A stretch of 29,050 nucleotides of DNA from a virus (lineage: Duplodnaviria; Caudoviricetes). Both the position numbers and the translations under genes were made by a program. The notes beneath the pieces were generated by a model, which was not told the DNA's origin, searched no databases, and saw only the letters and a program-made list of their open reading frames with translations. Below, one piece after another: positions 18,093-24,744 of this stretch. The stretch is taken from positions 1 to 29,050 of the IMG/VR virus record IMGVR_UViG_3300048857_000047; one strand, written 5' to 3'. Within the stretch, counting starts at the first letter, position 1, and each line of letters begins with the position of its first letter.

Positions 18093-18362
18093 ATGTTTCT
18101 CAGGATCTTGGTCGGGGCGGCCTGCATCGCCGTCATTGCCTTCGTGGCGAACCACTTCTGGCGTGAGCATCAGGCCGCGCGGGCGGTAGAGGCTCGGAAA
18201 GAGGGCGAGCGCTGTTTCAATGCAGAGCGGGATTTCGCCGCTGTCATGGCCGGGAGGCCAAGGTCAGGCAGCGAGTCCGAAAGCGTTCTTCGTATTGTGG
18301 TCTGGGGGTGCCGCGGGCAGCCCAAGGATCGCTTGCCCGCTACCCTTGAGCCGCTTCGCTAG
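18093..18362 (+). CDS. Small membrane protein (opposite-strand moron)
   Basis: N-terminal TM (ILVGAACIAVIAFVA) then a soluble part with two Cys; lies between the chaperone and tape measure genes. Confidence 0.65.
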   Translation: MFLRILVGAACIAVIAFVANHFWREHQAARAVEARKEGERCFNAERDFAAVMAGRPRSGSESESVLRIVVWGCRGQPKDRLPATLEPLR

Positions 18363-18591
18363 CCCCTCCAAACCTCTCTACAAGGTCGTAATATTCTTCA
18401 GCCGTTGGGGCTTCGATCGACTCTTCGGCCCCTTGCGAGGCGTTCCACCCATCTACGACCGCCGCAAATTCCCATAAACTCATCTCGCGGACCTGTGAGG
18501 GCGTGAACCCTACGACTGCGCCTGTTCCATAGAGGGCGGCAGCGGAGAGGCGTTCGCCTCCGGCGCTTCCGTTGCCGCGTCCTCTTTTCCC
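18340..18591 (-). CDS. Tail assembly chaperone gpT-like frame (C-terminal part of -1 frameshift product)
   Basis: -1 frame from the slippery site reads ...GERLSAAALYGTGAVVGFTPSQVREMSLWEFAAVVDGWNASQG...AQG* with stop at 18340-18342; absent from the ORF track. Confidence 0.8.
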   Translation of the reverse strand, partial: GKRGRGNGSAGGERLSAAALYGTGAVVGFTPSQVREMSLWEFAAVVDGWNASQGAEESIEAPTAEEYYDLVERFGGASEAAQG

Positions 18592-18911
18592 ACTGGCTCA
18601 TCCGATGGACTAACGAGCGCTGCGAGCAGGATGTGACGAGCCAGAACCGCCGCTTCAAGCAACCGCCCCGGGACGACATTCTGCTCTACGAGATCGCGAG
18701 CCCGCTTGGCCTCCACGCCGCCCCCCATCAACCCGAGGCGGATAGGTTCTTTGACATCAGCGATGCGCCATACGCCGCCGCTGATCCTATTGACGACCGC
18801 AGCGCAGCCGCAGTCGAGCTTTTCTTCCAGAGCGAGCAACTCGCCAATCCCCAGGCGGAAGGTGCGTTCATCTCCCGCCCAGGTCTGTGTAAAAGACGCG
18901 TCACGGCTCAT
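18510..18911 (-). CDS. Tail assembly chaperone gpG-like (GTA-gp10-like family)
   Basis: WAGDERTFRLGIGELLALEE...IRLGLMGGG; between tail tube and tape measure. Confidence 0.85.
   Translation of the reverse strand: MSRDASFTQTWAGDERTFRLGIGELLALEEKLDCGCAAVVNRISGGVWRIADVKEPIRLGLMGGGVEAKRARDLVEQNVVPGRLLEAAVLARHILLAALVSPSDEPVGKEDAATEAPEANASPLPPSMEQAQS
18585..18591 (-). promoter_or_regulatory. -1 ribosomal slippery heptamer G GGA AAA
   Basis: X XXY YYZ in the gpG reading frame (GTG GGA AAA GAG), close to lambda G/T GGGAAAG. Confidence 0.8.
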
Positions 18912-19351
18912 GGGGTGGGCGTCACCACGTTAACCGGGCCGTCCGAGGTGAGCTCGATCTCGTACTGGATCAGGCCATCTTGATCACCCGTGATGTTGAA
19001 CGTGGTCAGGTGATACTTGCCCTGATAGGTGCGCGGGCCGACCGCATAGTCGATCACAACGCGGATGTTGCGCGAGTCCACGTCCTCGAAGAAGGACTCC
19101 CACGTCGCGATGCTTTCCTGGGCGAGCGTGCCCGAGCCGGTGATGCCGGAAGACAGGGCACCCTTGGCGCGTTCGGTCCAGACCGGGGCATCCGGGTCCG
19201 AGCAGTCGGCAACGTTGAAGTCGTTCGTGCTGGCCGAGCGGTTGAAGGCCTTCGTGTTCAGGGCGCAGGGAGCGGCGAAGACTTCAGGATCAGCACCGTC
19301 ACCGATCATGATGAGCAGCTTGGAGCCGCGCAGGGTAGTTGGGCGAGCCAT
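18908..19351 (-). CDS. Major tail tube protein
   Basis: GSKLLIMIGDGADPEVFAAPC, ITGSG and IELTSDG motifs; canonical position. Confidence 0.9.
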   Translation of the reverse strand: MARPTTLRGSKLLIMIGDGADPEVFAAPCALNTKAFNRSASTNDFNVADCSDPDAPVWTERAKGALSSGITGSGTLAQESIATWESFFEDVDSRNIRVVIDYAVGPRTYQGKYHLTTFNITGDQDGLIQYEIELTSDGPVNVVTPTP

Positions 19352-19371
19352 TACAGTTCTCCGGTTAGGGG

Positions 19372-19770
19372 TTAGTCTTTGGGCTGGGTTAGAGCCCGGA
19401 GCTGGATGCGAGCGCGGCTCGTCAGTCCATCGGGGTCACGTTCGTACGTGATGCTTTCGATCTTCATGAGTTCCAGGGTGTGGCCGGTCAGCGTCAGCGT
19501 ACCGTTGTGCAGGCGCCCGCGCACGGCAGAGGCGATCTGCTTGACCTGCGGATAGCCGACCTCGCGGGACCAAGCGTCAATCTGGATCGTGCTTTCCGTG
19601 CCCTCATAGCAGTCCTCGTCCACCGGCACGGACTGCCCGCCGCCGACTGTGATCCGCGGGAAAGGGTTGCTGTCTGGCACGCGGTCAAAGACGTTCGCTC
19701 CGGCAGGGCTGCCAATAGCCTTGAGGGCCGCCACAATGGCACCCTGAAGCGCAAGTGAAGGATCGCTCAT
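19372..19770 (-). CDS. Tail terminator, DUF3168 family
   Basis: DPSLALQGAIVAAL, VFDRVP...FP, QIDAWSR and RDPDGLTSRA motifs. Confidence 0.9.
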   Translation of the reverse strand: MSDPSLALQGAIVAALKAIGSPAGANVFDRVPDSNPFPRITVGGGQSVPVDEDCYEGTESTIQIDAWSREVGYPQVKQIASAVRGRLHNGTLTLTGHTLELMKIESITYERDPDGLTSRARIQLRALTQPKD

Positions 19771-19988
19771 GATTTCCCTGCGATTGCCTTGGCGGCCTTG
19801 CGCGTGGCTCTGGTCAGGCGCCCGCGCACACGACGGCGCACGGCGCGATAAGCGGGGAAGAAGAAGGGGCGGCCGACCATTTTGACCGTGCCGAACTCAA
19901 CCCATCGGGCATAGAACGCACGCTCATTGCCAGCATAGACGGTCACGCGCAGATCCGCCTCTTCCGACTTGGCCTCGGCCAGGACCAT
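19767..19988 (-). pseudogene. HK97 gp10-family tail component, C-terminal remnant
   Basis: AFYARWVEFGTVKM..RPFFFPAYR is the family C-terminal motif; only 73 aa, N-terminal half and RBS missing. Confidence 0.8.
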
Positions 19989-20520
19989 GCCGCTCGAGAT
20001 GAGCCATCAATTCATCAGCGGTGTATCCGACTAGCTCCTGCCAACTGCCGCCGTTCTTCAAGCCGCGTATGACATTTGCAACCATCGCCTTCATACGAGC
20101 GTGAACTGCAAATTTTGGATCGGTCTTGCGCCTCTTGCGCTCATAGCCCCTGATATACAGCCGTCGCTCTGGGGCAGCGTTTCTGGTCGTTGCGCGTTCT
20201 CTCTCTTTGGCCTTTGACTCCGGCCGCTTCCTTCTCTCGCGGGCCGCCTCTGTATTTTGCTTCCTCTTGGCGTCAGCATGACAGCCCCGGCAATATTTCT
20301 GCCTGTGGTTCGTCCGAGTGTCTTTCTCGCCGCAATGCTCACAGATGAAGATGCTGCCAACTACACCCTTCTTCTTAGCCGCCGCATTGCGTTTCTGCCG
20401 CTCGCGCTCTCTTTCATCAGCGCAGCCTCGGCAAAATCGCTGAGGCGGGCTTGTGCGCTCGCTCTCAATACCGCAGCGCTGGCAAATGATGGGGCTATAG
20501 CGTACATTCGAGACAGCCAC
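19924..20520 (-). pseudogene. Zn-finger HNH-type endonuclease, truncated at about 19990
   Basis: Two CxxC...CxxC repeats, a basic helix, then LVGYTADELMAHLER where the nuclease core would start; reads on out of frame into gp10. AGGAGG RBS, GTG start. Confidence 0.7.
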
Positions 20521-20521
20521 T

Positions 20522-20591
20522 CGAACCTCCTACGTTCGGGCTTGGTCAGAAGGTCGTTGCGGCTCCACCCGCTTCGACCTTCGCTATTCTA
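20522..20591 (-). promoter_or_regulatory. Structured leader of the HNH-type gene
   Basis: TAGAAT (20586-20591), hairpin GAAGGTCG-AA-GCGG-gtggag-CCGC-AA-CGACCTTC, TGACCA, then CGAAC/GTTCG stem around the RBS. Confidence 0.55.
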
Positions 20592-20669
20592 GAATATACT
20601 CCTGAACTGAAAAGCTTTTTGCCGTCGCAATGAACAGACATTGCCTCAAAAGTTTGGCATCATCTGTCC

Positions 20670-20966
20670 TTACGCGAAGGCCGGATCGCGGGTCCGCGCG
20701 AGGAGACGCGCCACCGCCCCACCGGGGGCGAGATAGTCGCTGTCGCCGCTCCCATCGCGATCATCCCACAATGCCGTAAGCACGAGCAGGATCGCCGCTT
20801 GCACAGGGGGCGGGACCGTCTCAGCGGTCCAGCCGTGATCCGGCTTCTTCAGGTAGTCCACAATGATGGCGCTCGCCTGCTCCATTTTCATGATCAGGTC
20901 GGCATCCTGATCGTCGTAATCGATGCGAAGCTGCTGCTTCGCCTGTTCCAGAGTGATGAGCGCCAT
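20670..20966 (-). CDS. Head-tail connector (HK97 gp6-like)
   Basis: LITLEQAKQQLRID.DDQD, AS.IIVDYL and VP.PVQAAILL motifs. Confidence 0.9.
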   Translation of the reverse strand: MALITLEQAKQQLRIDYDDQDADLIMKMEQASAIIVDYLKKPDHGWTAETVPPPVQAAILLVLTALWDDRDGSGDSDYLAPGGAVARLLARTRDPAFA

Positions 20967-20967
20967 G

Positions 20968-21069
20968 TCAGGCCCCCTTCCCCGGCACACCGACGCGCAC
21001 CGGCTCTGTCCGTTTGGCTTCTTTCATCACCCCGTCGCGCCCGTCCCTGCCTTTCTTCACGGCAAGGCG
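20968..21069 (-). repeat. Duplicated head-gene 3' end, downstream copy
   Basis: RLAVKKGRDGRDGVMKEAKRTEPVRVG; 14 of the first 16 residues match the copy at 22073-22156. Confidence 0.85.
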
Positions 21070-22050
21070 CATAGCTTCAGTTCGACGCTGTCTTACCCCC
21101 GCGTCGGCCCAGGTCCGCAAGGCGATATCGCGACGAGTTGCCCTGTAGGACTCATGCTGCTTGACTTCCGAAAGCCGCGCAGCGCGGAAGCGCAGACGCG
21201 CCTCATCCCGAAGGTTGAGCCATTGGCCCCCAATCTTAATTTCGCGATCAACCCCATCCGCCGCTGAACTCCGCACGCGCAGCCTTGATTTCGTTGGCAC
21301 TAACGAGAAATCGCAAGCTTGAAACCCAAAGCCAGCGCCAGCGCAGATTTCGCGGCCTATTTCGCCAGGATTGTCCATGGATCGCGCGTAAACACCGAAA
21401 CTGATGCAATGAAGAAGACCTTCATGGCACAAAGTGGCCAGATGGCGAGCCACTATCGTGCGCCCGATGTGAGGGAATGCAGACCTCACATCTTCTGAAA
21501 AAACTACTGTCCCAGATTGGGCGGCTACCCAATCCCGAACGTCGTCTACAACAAAACGCATCGTCTGCTTCTTTTCTGCCCACACTCGTTTGGCGCCTCG
21601 GGCGCAGCGCTCGCGATAATCGCTGTCAGTTTGATGTTTTAGCTTGATCGCAGCGCTCAGGGATGCCCGAGCGCGGGCTGCATATTCCGTTTGCGCCCAA
21701 CGAGCCTTGCTCTTTTCTGACATGCGCTCCCGCCCGTCCTCGCTCAGCACAACGCCCTCGCCTCCTGGCGTGATGTTGGTGAGATCAGCACCGGCCGCCC
21801 GAGCGGCTGCAATATGCTGCCGCTCAACCTCCGCCCAATCCTCGCCAGGTGCGACTTTCGCCAAGATTGTCATCTTCAGCGTCTGCCCTTGAGCTAACAG
21901 TGATCGGATCCAGTTTGCCGAGTTATGATTTTCGATCCCGCTGCGCGCACGGTTGATATGGGCACGTAGCCGAACTCTTGGCCTGTCTGCTTTGCCAATG
22001 TGGCGTACATCGCCAGTAACAGGGCATTCAAGCGCGTAGATATACGTCAT
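20968..22050 (-). CDS. GIY-YIG homing-endonuclease-like protein with winged-helix region and captured head-gene C-terminus
   Basis: YIYAL...VRHIGKA..P..RL..H, AEVE..HI and LTNITPGGEG; later IVARHLATLCHEGLLHCISFGVY; ends RLAVKKGRDGRDGVMK. Lower GC. Track start is TTG 22068. Confidence 0.8.
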   Translation of the reverse strand: MTYIYALECPVTGDVRHIGKADRPRVRLRAHINRARSGIENHNSANWIRSLLAQGQTLKMTILAKVAPGEDWAEVERQHIAAARAAGADLTNITPGGEGVVLSEDGRERMSEKSKARWAQTEYAARARASLSAAIKLKHQTDSDYRERCARGAKRVWAEKKQTMRFVVDDVRDWVAAQSGTVVFSEDVRSAFPHIGRTIVARHLATLCHEGLLHCISFGVYARSMDNPGEIGREICAGAGFGFQACDFSLVPTKSRLRVRSSAADGVDREIKIGGQWLNLRDEARLRFRAARLSEVKQHESYRATRRDIALRTWADAGVRQRRTEAMRLAVKKGRDGRDGVMKEAKRTEPVRVGVPGKGA

Positions 22051-22072
22051 ATTGCGCAAATTATACAAAAGC

Positions 22073-22156
22073 TTAACCTACCTTGATAGGCTTTTTCTCA
22101 GGTTCGGCCTTCATTATCCCATCGCGACCGTCGCGGCCTTTCTTGACGCTCAGCCG
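22073..22156 (-). repeat. Duplicated head-gene 3' end, upstream recoded copy
   Basis: RLSVKKGRDGRDGIMKAEPEKKPIKVG; 7 synonymous codon differences from the downstream copy over 16 codons. Confidence 0.85.
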
Positions 22157-23029
22157 CCAGCCGTCACCTATCCCTGGCTTCTTGGTCGTTTCTTTTTGAG
22201 CGATCCAATAGCTACCTCCGAACGTAGTTCCGTCCCCCGGCAGGTAGCGCTCGCCTTCCTTGAATACGCCTCGATCAATGACCACTGAGAACCTGTGGCG
22301 GAACTCTTTCACGTCATCACCGCGCGAATAGCGGCGGATGATCGTGCGGCCATCATCGGCCAGTTCTTCGGTCATATCGTCGAAGCCAAAGCCGTCACGC
22401 CCATCCTTGCCAGGTGCCCCGTCTTTGCCGACGACTTGACCGAGTTTCTTAGCCTCGCCGTTGCTGTTTGTTAGGATGAGGTTGCCATCTCGATCAATGA
22501 AGGAGTCGGCCATGCCGATGCCATCCTTGCCATCTTTCCCATCCTTGCCGTCCTTCGGAGTCGGAATGGCTGCGACTGCCTTCTCGACCGCCTCGGATAC
22601 CATCCGCTGCACCTCTGCAAGGTCTACGCTCGCGCCATCCTTCCCGTCCTGGCCGTCCTTGGGCGCGGGCAATTCCTTGATGCGCTTCTCGATCTCGGAG
22701 GCGATGAGTGGGGCAACGTCCTCGGCCGTGACGCTCTTGCCGTCCTGTGGCGCAGGGATGGCGGAAACTGCCTTCTGAACCTCTTCCGTCACGATGGCCG
22801 GAATGTCGGGAAGCGACGGCAGTTCGATCGCCTCGATGGCCGTCTTCAGCCCTGAGACCTCTTCCGCAATGATCTGGCGAACCTCGCCAAGATCAGCGTC
22901 CTTGCCGTCGCGCGGCGCTGGCAGCTCATTGAAGCGCTTTTCCAGGGCATCCATACGAGACAGGATCGGGGCCAGCTGCCCCTTCACAATCCCAGCAAGC
23001 TCAAGGCCGAATGCCTTAGCGTCAATCAT
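22073..23029 (-). CDS. Head-region protein with P.P.DGK repeats
   Basis: Coupled to portal; repeats PAPRDGKD, PAPQDGKS, PAPKDGQDGKDG, PTPKDGKDGKDGKDG separated by helices; C-terminal DRGVF...Y..GD..T.GGS.W. Confidence 0.85.
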   Translation of the reverse strand: MIDAKAFGLELAGIVKGQLAPILSRMDALEKRFNELPAPRDGKDADLGEVRQIIAEEVSGLKTAIEAIELPSLPDIPAIVTEEVQKAVSAIPAPQDGKSVTAEDVAPLIASEIEKRIKELPAPKDGQDGKDGASVDLAEVQRMVSEAVEKAVAAIPTPKDGKDGKDGKDGIGMADSFIDRDGNLILTNSNGEAKKLGQVVGKDGAPGKDGRDGFGFDDMTEELADDGRTIIRRYSRGDDVKEFRHRFSVVIDRGVFKEGERYLPGDGTTFGGSYWIAQKETTKKPGIGDGWRLSVKKGRDGRDGIMKAEPEKKPIKVG

Positions 23030-24396
23030 GCCGCGAGCTCCTTCTGAAATGCCAGTGTAGCCTCTGCGAAGAACGCCCGGGCCTCGGCCTGCTGCCGTGC
23101 GTCAGCGTCTTCATCACCTCCCTCGCGCGAGATCGCCGGCGCTGTCCCGAACGGATCCTCTTGCGCGTCGCGCTTCGCCAGAGCCTCAAGGCTGTAGTTC
23201 TGCTGCTGGAGGTAGGGGCTGTTGCCCCCGGCAACCGGCTTCAGGTCAAGCCGCCTGCGAGCCTCATTCGGGGATTTGATGCCCGCGCCGACCGCTTCTT
23301 TCTCGGCATTGATCAAGGCGGTGGTGTCCATACGAAGGAGGTTGTCGACATCGAATTCCGTGCCGATGTTCTCGCCCATGCCGAGACCTTCATCAAGGCA
23401 AAGTTCGGCGGCCTCAATGAGCACCTGGAGGCACTGCGAGTAATATTCGATGTTGAGCGCCTGCACGTTGTTATAGGTCGGCATGGTGCCAACGCCGATC
23501 TTGTAGGGCGGGACATGGTAAGTTGAGCAGACGACCTCTGCGGACCACTTCAACTGCTCGATGAGCTGAGAGTCGACAGCCTTCGCCTTCATGGCCTCGT
23601 ATTTCAGGCCATCCCCCAGAACCGCGACCTTGCCCGAGTTCTTGCCCGAGAAGTTAGCGTCCCAATGCTCCTTAAGGCGCTTGGCGGTCTCATCACTGAT
23701 TGCGCCCGGAGCGCTCAGGATGCCTCCCGGCTGGGCACCATTCTGGAAGAAGAGCGTGCTGTCGTTCTGGATCGCAAGGCCTTGCGTGGCTGCCAGTCCA
23801 CCCGCGAAGATGGGAGACAGTCCAACCAGAGGATGGAAGAAGCAGTTGAACCGGTCGTGGATCACCTCGCGCGCAGGGACCGTGACGCTCTCAGGGAGCC
23901 CCGCCAAGTTGTCCGTGTTGAGCTGATAGAATACGCTCCCGTCGTCCGCCACGAGCGGAGTGACGAGAGACCAATCCAACACATAAAGCGCCTTGACGAC
24001 GCCGCGACCGTCGCGCTGCTTGAGAATGAGGGCGTTGCCCCTCTGAAGCTTCGACAGGATCCAACTTTCCATGAATTGGATCCGGTTCTGGAAATGGTTC
24101 GGCTTGCGCAGCACAGGCGAATAGGCCGGGTTCGTCACCTCCGACCAGATGCCGTTATCGTCCTTCTGGACAAGTTTAATCCGCAACTTGGAAATGTCTG
24201 AGGCTATCAAAGTGCGGCAGGCAAAATCGGCATGGTTCGACAGAACGGAGTCATATTTGACTTCGACGTTCTGCTGCCAGGCGCCCGCAAAGGCCTCAAG
24301 GACGCTGTACCAGCCTCCGCGGCCCTGCGCGACTGGCGACAGTGCTTTTTCATCCGTCGCCTTGGCGCGGGAGATGTTAAGGCCGAAAAGGCGCAT
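23026..24396 (-). CDS. Portal protein, HK97 family
   Basis: LRKPN.FQ, GNA, EVIHDR, GLSP, FFQNGAQPGGIL and SPNEAR...L.PV.GG motifs. Confidence 0.95.
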   Translation of the reverse strand: MRLFGLNISRAKATDEKALSPVAQGRGGWYSVLEAFAGAWQQNVEVKYDSVLSNHADFACRTLIASDISKLRIKLVQKDDNGIWSEVTNPAYSPVLRKPNHFQNRIQFMESWILSKLQRGNALILKQRDGRGVVKALYVLDWSLVTPLVADDGSVFYQLNTDNLAGLPESVTVPAREVIHDRFNCFFHPLVGLSPIFAGGLAATQGLAIQNDSTLFFQNGAQPGGILSAPGAISDETAKRLKEHWDANFSGKNSGKVAVLGDGLKYEAMKAKAVDSQLIEQLKWSAEVVCSTYHVPPYKIGVGTMPTYNNVQALNIEYYSQCLQVLIEAAELCLDEGLGMGENIGTEFDVDNLLRMDTTALINAEKEAVGAGIKSPNEARRRLDLKPVAGGNSPYLQQQNYSLEALAKRDAQEDPFGTAPAISREGGDEDADARQQAEARAFFAEATLAFQKELAA

Positions 24397-24399
24397 GGA

Positions 24400-24684
24400 T
24401 CAGGCCTTCGCTTCTGCGATCTTCGCCTTGAGGGTCTCGGCATCCCAGCCGGCGAACGGCTTCTTGCCGATAACTTCTTGGTACTGCTTACGGAGAGCGG
24501 CCCGATCCTCTCCTTTTGCGATTTTGCCGCTTGAGACAGAGGTACTCTTGACCGCAGCGGGCTTCTTCTCGGTAGGTTCCGCGGCAATCAAATCGGTGCG
24601 CTCGTATCCAAGCCGAGATAGTACCCGAGCAAATCGGGGGTCACGAGCCTGCATGGCTCGGGTCATATAGGATGATTTCTTCAT
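24400..24684 (-). CDS. Small basic head-region protein
   Basis: GGAG RBS before ATG 24684; C-terminal LRKQY..VIGKKPFAGWDAETLKAKIAE helical module. Confidence 0.75.
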   Translation of the reverse strand: MKKSSYMTRAMQARDPRFARVLSRLGYERTDLIAAEPTEKKPAAVKSTSVSSGKIAKGEDRAALRKQYQEVIGKKPFAGWDAETLKAKIAEAKA

Positions 24685-24705
24685 GGCCTTCTCCACCGGA
24701 GGGAA

Positions 24706-24727
24706 CCGGCCCCGGTGACGGGGCCGG
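24706..24727 (-). terminator. GC-rich hairpin after capsid gene (weak terminator or mRNA stabiliser)
   Basis: 9-bp stem CCGGCCCCG/CGGGGCCGG with 4-nt loop; poor U tract (TTCCCT). Confidence 0.5.
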
Positions 24728-24744
24728 CGGTGTCAGTGGGCCGA

